A DNA stretch of 64,000 nt from an uncultured virus (IMG/VR IMGVR_UViG_3300028591_000172). Taxonomy: Duplodnaviria > Heunggongvirae > Uroviricota > Caudoviricetes. Position numbers and translations under genes: made by a program. The stretch lies in the IMG/VR virus record IMGVR_UViG_3300028591_000172. The stretch is one strand, 5' to 3'. Positions 48,914-62,400 of the stretch are shown piece after piece. Each line of letters starts with the position of its first letter. Positions within the stretch are counted from its first letter, which is position 1. The notes beneath the pieces were generated by a model. It saw only the letters and a program-made list of their open reading frames with translations. It did no database searches and was not told where the DNA came from.

Positions 48914-48990
48914 GGATCATTAGCTCAGCTGGTAGAGCACCTGACTCATAATCAGTAGGTCCACGGTTCGAATCACGTGATGATCCACCA
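48914..48990 (+). tRNA. tRNA with CAT anticodon (Ile2-like or Met)
   Basis: GGATCAT/ATGATCC acceptor stem, TAGCTCAG..GGTAGAGC D-arm, CTCATAA loop, TTCGAAT T-loop, encoded CCA. Confidence 0.9.
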
Positions 48991-49016
48991 AAAAATTTAT
49001 AATAGGAGGAAAAGAC

Positions 49017-49205
49017 ATGGCACGCATTCCAAAAGGATTTATATCTTTAGGAACATCAGAGTCTTGGTTAAATACTGATTTTATTGACCAGGATAAATGT
49101 TATCTCGATAAGCGTATCGGAAAAGTTGCTGTTATTGATGTTTACGGTAGCAGATTTAATGTCGATCCGAAATTGCTCGTCGGTAAGATAAAATGGAGAG
49201 AGTAA
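49017..49205 (+). CDS. Hypothetical protein
   Basis: AGGAGG RBS. Confidence 0.7.
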   Translation: MARIPKGFISLGTSESWLNTDFIDQDKCYLDKRIGKVAVIDVYGSRFNVDPKLLVGKIKWRE

Positions 49206-49874
49206 ATGATTAAAAAGATTATTACAGAAATATCTGAAGAAGATTTCAGAAAATTAAATTTAAGAGTTGGTCGTAACGAGAATGTGAAGATTTCAGAAAA
49301 TATTCCTGGACATCCGTTATATCAGATGGTGATGACTGACGTTTCGTTGAATGATATAATTGATAGACAGATTAAAGCGACTGTTGAATTAGGCACAGCG
49401 GAAGCGTGGAAAGATTTAAATACTCCGTTAACGATCGCGATACACGAACCCGGTGGATATTATTTAGATAAATTTATGAATAGGTTCACGGGTGCACAGA
49501 CATACCAGATTGGCTGGGGGATTCCTCACTTATATTCCAGCCGTGATTATTACGAATGTCGAGACGGTGATTACTGGCGTGTCAGTAAAAAAGAAACGAA
49601 AGTTATTTACCGTATCAGATTAGCTGATCACTGGTTTGATGAATTCGTATTGAAACATCGTGTATTAGAAATTGACTGGCCGTATGATTTCTTACCGGAA
49701 GGTGTTAGTGGTGATTATGTTACTGCTAAGTTATGTTGCCACCAGGACTTACAGGAAAATGGTAAGTGGAAAGAAATTTGTCGCACTGCGAAATTTATTT
49801 ACGGAAGTGTTGTCACGATTATTCCGGTAGATGAATACGGAAAGAAAATCACACTCGATTGTGAGAAAGAATAA
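49206..49874 (+). CDS. Hypothetical protein
   Basis: 222 aa coupled ORF. Confidence 0.7.
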   Translation: MIKKIITEISEEDFRKLNLRVGRNENVKISENIPGHPLYQMVMTDVSLNDIIDRQIKATVELGTAEAWKDLNTPLTIAIHEPGGYYLDKFMNRFTGAQTYQIGWGIPHLYSSRDYYECRDGDYWRVSKKETKVIYRIRLADHWFDEFVLKHRVLEIDWPYDFLPEGVSGDYVTAKLCCHQDLQENGKWKEICRTAKFIYGSVVTIIPVDEYGKKITLDCEKE

Positions 49875-50056
49875 TGAAGAGAAATTTATATATTGCCACG
49901 ATGAGAATATTATTGTTTCTCGGAATATTAATTACTGCACCGTTTTGGTGTTTATTAGGAATATTGTGTTCGATATTCGCGTTAATGGGTTGGTATGATG
50001 ACGTATTTAATCCATATATAGATGATAAAGGAGTTATAGAAAATAAAGATGACTAA
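49874..50056 (+). CDS. Small membrane protein
   Basis: Long hydrophobic segment. Confidence 0.6.
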   Translation: MKRNLYIATMRILLFLGILITAPFWCLLGILCSIFALMGWYDDVFNPYIDDKGVIENKDD

Positions 50057-50342
50057 CGAAGAATTTGAAAAAATATTTAATGAGATGGCGAAAAGTAAAG
50101 CGTCGTTGCCACTCCCACTGTTATTACATATACTCGGTGGAATTGTTAAATCGACTGATGAAAATGATGAAAATTTTAAAAATTTTATTAACGGTTTAGA
50201 AGGAGCACCGGTAAAAGATATTGTGGATAAGACCACAGTTGTTACGTGTAACGCAGTGATTATTAATATCTGGAATAGATTCGGTGAAGAAATTCAGAAG
50301 ATTAATTCTGAAGTCACCGAAGATACCGAACCGAAAGCGTAA
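50049..50342 (+). CDS. Hypothetical protein
   Basis: Overlapping ORF ending just before the terminator. Confidence 0.65.
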   Translation: MTNEEFEKIFNEMAKSKASLPLPLLLHILGGIVKSTDENDENFKNFINGLEGAPVKDIVDKTTVVTCNAVIINIWNRFGEEIQKINSEVTEDTEPKA

Positions 50343-50357
50343 ATAATGTAAATTATT

Positions 50358-50395
50358 AAACGGTTGTTGTCACGCAGCCGTTTTTATTTTATAAT
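50358..50395 (+). promoter_or_regulatory. Terminator hairpin with overlapping sigma70 promoter for the giant gene
   Basis: AAACGGTTG/CAGCCGTTT plus T tract; TTGTCA (50367)-17-TATAAT (50390). Confidence 0.75.
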
Positions 50396-50447
50396 CGTAA
50401 GTGATTGATGTTATCACACGTATAGAAAAATCGGGAGGGACTGATAG

Positions 50448-53400
50448 ATGTATATACCAGACGATGACGTATTAAATGTTTTAAATACGAATACACAGAA
50501 TAATAATTATAATGATGGAAATAGTTCTGATGACGAACTTAAAGTTTTAAATGATAATGCTCAAACTCAGAGTGTAAGTAATAAAAGCGGAAATATTTTT
50601 GGTATCACATTAGATGAAGATGATAATAATGCCAGACAAGCTGGTTATGTTGATAATACCGCTGGAGTTCAACACGTAGATTACGATGATGTAACTTATT
50701 TTGAGAACGAAGAAAATTTAGGTAGCCCTGTTTTAAGTAAGAGAAATAAATTCGGTGGAGTAGCAGATGTTGATGAAGGTGAAGAACCGATTATTTCTGA
50801 TATGAGCGGTGAAGAAATTTCCGCAGACTCACCAGAAAATTTATATAGAGAAATGTTAGGTGTCACACAGTATTCCGATTTAAGAAAAATGTGTGGATTA
50901 AAAGATTCAGAATCGTTTACTGATTATTATAATCGCACTGGATATATTCCTAAGGGATTTGAAACCACCGCTAGATTATTATTAGCAGAAGAAAAAGTTA
51001 AAAAAGTTTACGCCCGTTATAAAGCTGGCGAAATTGGTTATGCTGATTTTTTGTATAAAGCGTATGCGAAAGATATTTTGAAATCACAAGGTATCGATGT
51101 TAGTTCGAAATTATATTGGTATAACAAAGCGAAGAAAGGTGATTTTACTAATCCTCTTGATAGCACTACATATTTAGCAGATATATTAGCGATCGCTGAC
51201 CAGGAGTTTCAGAAAGCGTCGTGGTATGAATCAGCAAGTGTTGATAATATTGCGAAGACTGCGTTAGTATGGGCGTCCGGTGGAGCGGTTACTCCAGAAA
51301 ATATTAAGACATTATTTAAAGACCAGATTGATGTTATTAATAAATATTTCGAATCTGAAGAAGAATTTATTAAGTTATATAAAGCTGGATATATTAATTT
51401 AAATACGTTTAATCCGTTTATAGATATTGATAATGACGGTATTTATGATTACTATTTCGCAGAAGATGGTAAGTTATATGCCGCTGAAGGTAGTTCAGGT
51501 AAAGGTAATAACGTTTGTAAAATTTATTACGAAACAGATAAGAACGGAAATAAAGTTGTCGACCGTGTAACGAGAAAAGGTGTTTTCGGCACAGGCGAAT
51601 TCGGAGATATTATGGATTCGTTCTTAGGTTCGTTTTTCTCTGTGTTCACAGGTTTAGTTGATTTCGGCGGACAGATGGTTGGATTAATCGGACACGCTGC
51701 CGGTAATGATGATTTAATGTTGAACTGGAATGCTATAAGAAATAATAACTTAGCATTCGGTGGATCGAATACGAAAGATTTCCAGGGATTCCAGGCGTCT
51801 GAAGGTGATGACTGGGCACGTGGAGTTAGTAGTGCTGTCGGTACGATTGTCGGTATGATCGCATCGTATTATATTGCTGGTGTTATTAATAAAGCCGCTG
51901 GTGCTGCTGGTAAAGCTGCTTCCGCTGCGAGTAAGACAGCGATTGATACAGTTGGAAGACAAACAGCTAAATCCGTAGCTGCAAACGTAGGAGCGAAAGC
52001 GTTAGAAGGAACTGCTTGGGCTGTTAGAACTTATAACGGTTTAAGAGGTGGTAATATGACCACTGTCGTTCCTAAGTTAGCTGAACATGCTATGGCTAAC
52101 AGAATGGCGACCGCTGCTGCGTTAGCTATTCGTGATGGCGTAAGCACAGCGAATAAATTAATTATTCAAAATAAAATTTTAAAAGAAGAAGATAGATTAT
52201 CCGAAGGTGAAATTGTCGGTAGAACATTATTAAATATCGGTGCGAATACCGTTGTTTCGTTTGCGTTAAGAGCAGTCGGAGATTCCGGCGTTACAGATTT
52301 CTGGAAGAAAGAGGGAACCCACGTTAAGAATATCGCTAACAGAATTGATTTCTTAAATAAAATGGTTCCTGAATCTGTTGTTGATAATCTTGCTACCGCT
52401 GTTGGACAAGAAAAATTATCAGTTATTGGTTCGACATTATTAGGTAAAGGTATTAATACTATCGGTGATATTATCGAAAATATCGTTACACAAACTAATA
52501 CTGCGTTTTTAAGTAATGCTGAAAACGGTGTATTTGATGTTGGTAAATGGTTTGAAACCGCTGGTGGCTTAGTAGCGAATCCATCGTTTATTATTACTAA
52601 CTTATATATTGCTAAACAAGATATGGGATTTAAATTGTTTGGTAGAGATAGTGAAGGTAAACGTGTATTTAAACCTCACACTGAACAGAATTTCGTTAAG
52701 GCAGCGATTGTTGCTGGTGAAGATACAGTTAAAATGTATGATGAAGCAATGAATGAAATTAAAGGTGTATATGCTGACTTAATTAAAAATGGAAATGAAA
52801 AAGCAGCAGATGATTTAATGAGAGGAATTATTGAACCAGCAGAAAGAATATATGTTGGATCACAAGGCGAATCCACAGTTACATGTGCGATGAAAGCCTT
52901 AACATGGTTAATGAACCAAACTGTAGATATTCCTGTTGAATCATTAGTTAAAGATAAAAAGATTTTAGCCAGATTAACTCCAGATGAAAAACAAAACGGA
53001 CCAGTTCGTGCGATTGTTTTAGCTGGAATTAAAGAAGGTGCGGTTAAGAGAATGATCGCTAGAGCCGCATATACAATGGAGTATTATAATAAAGCTTACG
53101 AACAAATTTATAAAACTAGTATTGATACATTCAAAGGTGAGTTCAGTTTAGTCGATGCTTACACTAGAGCTAAAGAAAGATTTGAAGCAGAAGCTGATGA
53201 TGTTTATACAGAAGAAAAAACAGTAATGGATGAAGATGGAATCATGCATCGTGTTACTGGTGAAAAATATATTGTTGACGTTAATAAATTCTCCGATAAC
53301 GAAAGAGTAATGAATGCGTTAGAAAAAGTTGCTAAAGAAAGAGAAGCTAATTTGGTGTTCTTAACTAAGGAACAACGTGACGCTGTCATTAAAGAATTAG

Positions 53401-56400
53401 AAAATAATTTCGGAGCTGAATCAACAAATGACGTCAAACATTTCGAAGATGTTATTAATTTACAAACTGAAAACGTTGCTGGTAAAGGCCCACGTAAGAT
53501 GACATTAAAAGACCAACTTAACTATATGTTAGGTTTAGGTGGACTTAATGCTCGCTTAAGTGATGCAGTTATTAGATCAATGGCTTTCTATAAAGAATCA
53601 AGACAAGAAGATTATGAAAACCTCAGTCCTGATTTTAAAGGTGACTTCGAAAAGGCATTCGATATTGATATTGTTATGAATAATAATCAAGGACAAATGC
53701 CAGAAGAATATGAAAAGTTAGCAGTTAATGAAAGCTTCGTTTCCCGTGTTAGAGAATATGGCTATCCTGATGGTAAATCATTCTTGAACTCAGCTTATAT
53801 ATTAAAAGCTAAAGGTGACATGGTTAATGATATCAGAGCCGGTGGTAAGATGGGCTCGTTATATAATGCCATGGTTGCGTTAGCTAAAGTCGGATTAATC
53901 GCTAAAGTTGATTATAACGATGGCGGAGTTACTAAAACTTTATTTGCTGTTCCTGGTGGAATGGAAAATTTATTTGGCAGTATGAAAACAGCAGATGCTA
54001 TCAGCACAGCATTAAGCAGTGTCTATACATTATGTGTTTCTAACGATGCTAAATCATTTAAGTCTGCTAGTAATTTATTGTTACAAATATTCTTAGAAAG
54101 AAATTTACAATTACCAAACGGCAAGACCGCCAAGTCTTATGTTAAAGATTTCGTGTTTATTAATGATAGAGTTAACGCAGAAGGTGAACACGATCCAGAA
54201 ATTAATAGTAATACTGATTTCTTAAGCCATCCTAAATATAAGGAAGGCTCTGAAAAATTATTATCAACTTTATTAGCGTCATTCGCCGCTACTAATAATG
54301 ATGTAATTAGCAGACCACAATTAATTAGAATTTTTGATTCATTAGGAATCTCATATAATTCAATTGACGCATCAGGAAACGATGCCGGTATTTCATTTGT
54401 TAAGAATTATTTAAATGCTTATGAACAAACTGGTGAAGTTACTGATTTAGCTAGAAAGATAGAGGGAGATCCAGATAGGAGAGTTTCCGAGACTGACCTA
54501 AATAAATTCTCTCAAGCCACAAAGATACTCCTCTCAAATCCTGAAGTTCAAAAAGCGTTAGTTGACGACGGAATAATTAGTAAAGATTTCTTTAAGCATC
54601 TAGAGGACCTGAATTTTTTTACACGAGGTCAGTCCGGAGAAGTAAAGGAAAATTCAAGGTTCGTCTCTTTGGTGGAAGCGGCAAGATTACATCAAGGATT
54701 GGACGACTATTTAGAAAACGACAATGATCTCGTTTATTTCGCCGAGTCATTTATTAAGATGACCGATGATATAAATGGTATAAGTGGAGCTGATGACAAA
54801 CTAATTTCAGACTTACTTAACTATCGTGAATTTGTTAGAGGAACAAATGTTTACGATAAAAAGAACTTAATCATTGTTAATTTATCTAGATTAGAAACTG
54901 CCTCTCTTCATAAATTAATTAGACAATTAGAAGTTGAAACATATAGAAACGCATTAAGAGATGATAGTGCGAAAGTTTTCCGCGCTTTAGAAAAAGAATT
55001 AAGCAAGTCATACAACTTAGAATCATTACAATCGTTATGTAATTTACAATTGAATAATGATTTAGGTGTTTTAACTTTCGACTTAGATGATCCTGATTCA
55101 TATAATGAATTTAAAAATTTAATGATGAGCATAGGATATAAAGAAGTTGTCGTCGATGGAACAATTAGTGCCGGCAGAGCATATAATATTCCTGGCGTCA
55201 GTTTTACTAGTGCTGTTTCAAGAGGATTAACTTTTGATTTGTCATTAGAAAAATATAAAAACTTAATGGCCAACTCAAAGATTACAGCTGGTGAAAACGC
55301 TCTATCATTATCTGATAAAGGCAAAGCACTTGATGTTGCTTTAGCTGTATCTGATAGATATGGTTTATTATTTACTAAAGAAGAAATTGAAAACTTGTCA
55401 CTTGATGACATTGAAAATAGATTAAATATTAAATTTACTAAAGATGGTTTTGAACTTGATGGAATTAAATCCACAATTAAAGCCATACTTAAATTAGGTA
55501 AGTCGGCTTCTAAATTAGATAAATATGTCAATAGAACATATGGAAACTACTATGAGAATGTTTTCAATAATATAGATACCGATGGTAGATTCGGAAATGC
55601 TTTAACTATTTTAAATATAATTAAATCTGCTTTAGCTTTCCAAGCCGATACAGAAGAAGGAACTGCTGAAACAAATTTATATTCAGTTAAATTAAGTCAA
55701 AAAGAATTTGAAAACTTCGAAGCAAATGCTGGTAAGTTATATAAATATGTTGATGAAAAATTAAATAATGGAGTTCATAAAGTAGTCATAGCAGATATCC
55801 AAAAAGAAAACTGGACACTAGACTTCATTGTTAAAAACTTCTGTAAAGATGGAAAGATAGATATGAGAAGTATCTTTGTCTTACCTGCCGGAAGTTATAA
55901 ACCAGAACAATTATCAGAAATCACTTATAATGCTAGAACCATTAAAGTTGATGGGATGAACGCTGGTGGTGTTAACTTCTTAGAATTCATCAGAGAACAA
56001 AACTTTGATAGATTTGATGACCTTGAAGAATTCTATAACTTCATCAATAAATGTGATTTAAATATTGGTGATTATGATTCTGAAGAAAGTATAAGAAACA
56101 ATATGCTTAGTGTCATTAAAGAATACCTCACTAAAGAAACAGAACAAATTTATACATCATTAAAAGAACAAGGCTTAACTGATGAAGATATTAAGATCAT
56201 TTATCTTGATGGTGCCATAAAGAAAATATCTGAAGCTGTTAGAAATAACATGGGAGAATACACTAACTTTGGTGTAGATAGTGACGGTGTTAGCGTTTTA
56301 GAAAAGTTAGATTATTCTAAGATTTCTGAAGAATGTGGATACAGTGCAGTATCACTAAAGAGAATATTATCTCTATTAAAAACTCCAGTATTGTCATCAT

Positions 56401-59400
56401 TCGATGATGCTTTAAATATATTTATTTTACAAACTAACAATCCATTTACCGATGTTGCTTCAATGATTCGTTATGATTCTAGAACTGGTAAAGCGTTTAT
56501 AAGTTTAGATGACATTATGGTTATGACTAAAGAACAATTCAAAGTTCTTGAAGACTTAGGTCTAGTCACAAAGCAATTAAAAGATAAACTAACATTAATT
56601 GGAAAATATGATGAGAAAACCGGATTCATTTATAACGATACTAGAAATGAAGAAGGTGAAGATTTCTCTGCTGTTAGAACTACATATGATATTGGTAAAG
56701 AAACCACACAAATTCAATCAAACGGTTCTGGTTACATTCCAAATGAAAACACAGAAAAGATTGCTGATTATTTATTAACAAGAGCAAAAAGAATTAAGGA
56801 CGAAAGAAATCAAGATACTTTCTTCAAAAAACTTTCAGCAATGAATCCTGCTGATGAATCAGATGCTTGGTTAGCTAAAGCTTTGAATCTATATACAACA
56901 GGAACAGTTGATAATCCAGGTTCAAACTTAGTCGCTAACATGGATAATAGTTTAGCTGTTGGCGAAATGCTCAACAGTATTTCATCATTGTCTTTCGCTT
57001 TACAAGACACAGTTCTTCCTGATGGAACAGAACTAAAGCTAGATAAGAGAGCGGCTACTGAATTAGCCTTAAAGATTTATTTCAATACAACAGGCACAGA
57101 TATGTCTGCTTCATACAACAGATACACAATTGCTTACAAAGACGAAAACGATCAATGGCATATTGAAAGCGTTGGTGAAAATATTAACGGTGCTCGTGAA
57201 GCTGTATCTTTAGGTAGACAATTATTTATCAAAGGTATTCTTGATGGCAAAACAAAATATAAAGAAGCATACTTATTCAATTCATCGAAGAATGTTATGT
57301 CTGCTAATGCCGCATCATTCGGTGAAAATATCAAAGTGATGCAGCTTAATGAAGAAAACTTGTCATCACTTAAAAACCAAATATATGAAAACTGTTTAGC
57401 AGTAGCTTTAGAAAATGGATATTTGAAATTATCTACAGATAGTAAAGATGCTAAAGCAGATGCTATTGCTAAAGTTTTAGGTTCGGCTATTACACGCCCT
57501 GAGATAAGAACGTTCTATTTACAAAACGCTAAAGCAGATATTCTTTCTCAAGCAGACAAACTTTTAAATGGTTTGAATCCAGCTATTAAAGAATCATATA
57601 TCAATGCTATAAATAATCACGTTGATAAATTATTATCCACAACATTAGAAACTGTAGAAAATCTACAGTCATCAGCCGATTGGATGTCTTTGAAAGAACA
57701 AGCGTTAGCTACAATCAATACACAAAAAGGTATTCTTTCTAAAGAACAATTCAGATTATTAGAAGAAAGAACTAATAAGATGATCGCTGATACAATTGAT
57801 GCCTATACATATTTAATAAATCAAGACTCACTTCCAAAAGAAACATTAGGAAAAATAAATGAAATGATTGGCTTATCTAAAGATGAACTTTCCGAAATGT
57901 CTAAAGATGGTTTTGATTTAATTAAAGATGTTGAAGGTTTATATACAGATAATGAAGAATTGTTCGCAAAGAATATAGAACGTTATTTAAACGATATTAC
58001 AGATCCACAAGAAAAAGTTAAAGCTGTTGCCGCAATCTTAAGATATCACGCACTTTCAGGAGAACGTGGAAAGAATTTACAATTCGCTTTGCTTGGCAGT
58101 GATGAATACTTGAGTGGTTTAAGAGATAGTTATTTAAAAGATCCAATCAAACCAGGCCAATTCTCTGTTGATGGAAGACAATATGATGCCATTAAAGAAG
58201 TTGGTAAAGGTAAGAAGATTGTTTCATTAGACTTGGAAAACTTCTACAAAGACGTTAAAGGTGATGAAAAGATTTACGAAATTGGTTTTGCTATGTTCGA
58301 CGGCAATGATGAATTAGATTTCGACGCATCTAAACCAACTCAATATAGAATATTAATTAAGTATGATGATGAAGAATACTTAGAAGACACTATTAAAGGT
58401 TATAGAACATTGGCTTCTGATTCCACAGATTCAAGAAAGAAAGCATCATTTAAAAACTATGTCGACAATACAAATCTTACTAGAGATAGATTAGTAAAGA
58501 ATTCTGATGGACAATACATTTATGTTATTCATATTTCATCAGGAGTGAATGCTAATGAAGTATTTACCAAAGCTATAAACAAAATATTATCAATGGCAGG
58601 AAATGACTATGTTGTATTAGGTCACAATACTAAAGGTCAAGATTCTGACTTTGATAAGATTAGAAATCAATTCGGAGTTGATATGTATAAGTTACTTAAT
58701 GGAAAACTTAACATAGATACTTTAATCGATGTAGCTAAAAACGGTTATGCTACAGATGCTAAGATTAATGAATCATCATTGTCATTAGAAAACTTAGCCA
58801 AACAAATGGGAATCGAATACGACGCACACTCCGCTGTAGATGATGCTATATTCACCTATCAATATTTCTTATGGAAAATGAAAAATCAAATCGATGTTGA
58901 CAAGATGAAGTCAGGATTATATGAAGAATTCGAACACATCTTAGAAAAAATCGGAGCACAAGATATTGACAGAGATCAACTCAATAGAGAACTTTCTAAA
59001 ATCAAAGTTGATGGTCAAGAAGTTTCGTTTGCTGATTTCTGGCAAGGTGATGAATTTAAAGATACATATGAGAAGTATGGAACAAAACTTACTAGTGATA
59101 TAATTCAAAACTTAATTAATTATAGAAACGCTGTATTCAATAGCGATGAAGCTAGTTACATTAGAAAGAGAGCAACAAACGTTGAACATGATTTGATATA
59201 TGAAGCTCAATCTGCACATATAACTTGGTTATCTCACCATGATCAAAATGGTAATAGTAACTTAGATAATTTCAGAGAAAGAATCAGTTTGTTTATTAAA
59301 CCAAACGAAAATGGTCAAGTAACAAGAACTGAATATACTAACGGTATGAAGCTATTAAATTCTGTCTTCTTAGATTACAGAACAAGAAAGATGGATGGAG

Positions 59401-62400
59401 ATAGAAACTTCAGAATAGAAGATTTCTTAAGAATGGACACCGATGAAATAATCGATGCCGCAAGAAACAAACTTCCTGAATTACATATAACAAAAGAAGA
59501 ATTAACAAATTATGTTAACGCTTATACATCTTCTCAAGAATTTGAAGATAGTAAACTAACATCAGAAAAAACATTTGCTTCTAATGCTATATATAACATT
59601 TATGATGAAATAGGAAAAACTATTGGATTAGATGGTTTTGATGACGGAACAAAGATTCTCTTATTTGATATCATGTCTGGTCTTAAGACTGGTAATTTTG
59701 CCGAAGCATTTAGAACTAATGCTAATGGCCAAAAAGAATTCATTGTTAAATATAATGGCCCAGCTTACGAAAAGAGTTATTATGTTAAGTCATTAGAAGA
59801 TGCCATTAATGATTTCGCAGCATCTGTTGATGTCCAAAGAGAATGGACGATGCCTTCAGGTGTAATTCCTGGTCAAACTGTAAAATTAGAAAATGGTGAT
59901 GATTATAGTTTCAAATCTACAGATGTAGGTATGACACGTCAAAAGTTCCAAGAATTATTTGGTGGAGCAACTATTGAAGATTATAGAGAATCATTAGGAC
60001 TATCTGATGGCGATGATTTATTCATACAATTATACAGAGTTCCTGGTGTTGGACAAAACGTTATACATACATACAGAGTAAGGATATTAGATAGCAACAA
60101 ATATGATAATGTTCTTCTTGCTCATGATATATTCGCCGCATACCATAGTGGTGACTTTGATGGTGACAAAGTTATAATTTTAAAACCAACAAAGTATTTA
60201 CAAAAAGTCGGTAATCAATTAATGAATTCAACCGATAAAATATGGGAAGTTTCTGATAAGATAATTTCCAAACTATATAGCGACTCAGCTTATGATTCAG
60301 CAAGAGATGACCAAGTAGTTAATAACTTCGCAGATTACTGTGAACAAGAATTTGGCTTACAAACAACTTTACAAAAAGTTTTCGATTACGCTAGAGATTC
60401 CTCTTCAGTTAATCCAACAGAAAGAGATGCTTATGAAAAAGCTTTAGCATATGCGTTAGATCAAGAGTTAATTAACAAAGTTAACGCCAAAGAATATCCA
60501 ACCTTATCCACAGATGAGACTTCTAAACAACTTTATTATTCTGATTTCCTCACCGATAAGTATTCAGATGAAGTGGTGAGAAGACTTTCATTAGATACAA
60601 AATTCTTAATCGACCAAATTATTTCAGTTAAAGACTCAGCTACAGGTTTCGCATCTAAAAAATACAAACCATTATTAGAAGGTTTTAGAAAAACAGTAGA
60701 AAATGCCGCTGACTTATTTACATATAATCAAGTTGCTTTATCAAAAACAACTAAGTTAAGACTAGCTCAAGCTATAGAAAATGACGCCGATAATGTTTTC
60801 AAATTTATTAAACAATCAATAGGCGAAACATATTCAGCTAAAATCTTTACATCAATAGATGAATATCTTGATGACGTATTTAATGATTCAACATTATCTT
60901 CAAAACAAAAAGCACAAGGAGTTATCAATGCTTTGAAGATGGCTGAATTATTATACAGAGGAACAGATGAATTTAATGACATGTTCAATAAATTAACTGA
61001 TGACATGATTAATAATGCTGATTTATCTGACGAGAGAACTAAAGTTAAAAAGCTTATTGAATACGCTTCATATAACCAAGTTGATACTAATGGTAGAACA
61101 ATCGAAGATGTAGACAGATTGTCATTAAATGATTTAACAAATCTTAAATATAATATAGTTAATAATCTAGATCCAATGATGAGTAGCAGAAGATTCATGG
61201 CCACATCTGGAGATACACATCTATCAAGCAATATAGTAACAAACATCAGGTCACAAATTAGTAAGTTGACTGATGCTTCTAAAATTAAATATATTGACGC
61301 TGACAATTCAACCAACTGGTTTGCTCCAGAAATACTTTTAGCTACAGGAATGGTTAGAAAACTTACTCCTGATACATTTGCCGAAATAAGTGGAAGATTT
61401 ACTTTAGCAAGTTCAAGAACCGTTAATGTTAATATTGGTGATTTATCAGAAGACCAATTACCAAAACTCAGTGCTGCTTTCTCTAAACGTTTACATGGTT
61501 CGATAAAAATCGGAGACCAAGTAATAGTTAGACCAGGAGAAAAAGTTTTATCAGCAGATGATAAATATGGTAATCACTATACAAATATATTCGATGAGGA
61601 CGGTGAACTATTAGTTGACCTTAAAGATATTGTTTCTTTGAACGTACAAAAAGAAATTTCATTGTTTGGTAACAAACTAGGCATCTTAGGTTCAGGCGAC
61701 ATGAAAGGAACACAAGAACTTTCAGTTGCTCATTCAAGAAATAATTATGGTATTGGTTTGGATATAGAATCGTTAAATCAATATAGAGAATTGTTAGGTT
61801 CTTACTATTCAATAATAAATTCATTTATTGAAACAATAGAACAATCAAAAGGTAAAATACCTGGAGAAAAATTGACACAATTAAAAGATTTAAATACAAG
61901 ATTACATCAAGCATCTCAAGAACAAGCACAGCTTACAGCAGATTATAAGAAAGCTAGAGATGAATTTGATGCTGACCAAATTGCTCATGGTGAACCAACA
62001 TGGGACCAATTAGCAGCAATGTTCCGTTCAGCAAGTGAAGAAGAAAGAGATGAAATTAGATTACTACATAAATCCGTAAGTATGTTTTATCAACCAGATA
62101 TACAGAAATCTATTAATTTACAAAACTCAATCCAAGATCAAATAGATAATTTGTTATCTGAATTAGGATTCAAAAATAAAGAAGCGTTATATAAACAATT
62201 AAATGAATCAAAAGAAAAGATTCAAGAATTAAGAAGAGCAATGAGACAACAAATTGGAGAAAGACAAATTGCTCAAAGAGAAAAGAACTTACTTAAAGAT
62301 TCAGTTGATTTAAAAGAACGAACAATGCTTTATGATTTGATATCAGATATCGGAATTGATCCAGCTATGTATGATATAGACAATATGGATATCAAAGATG

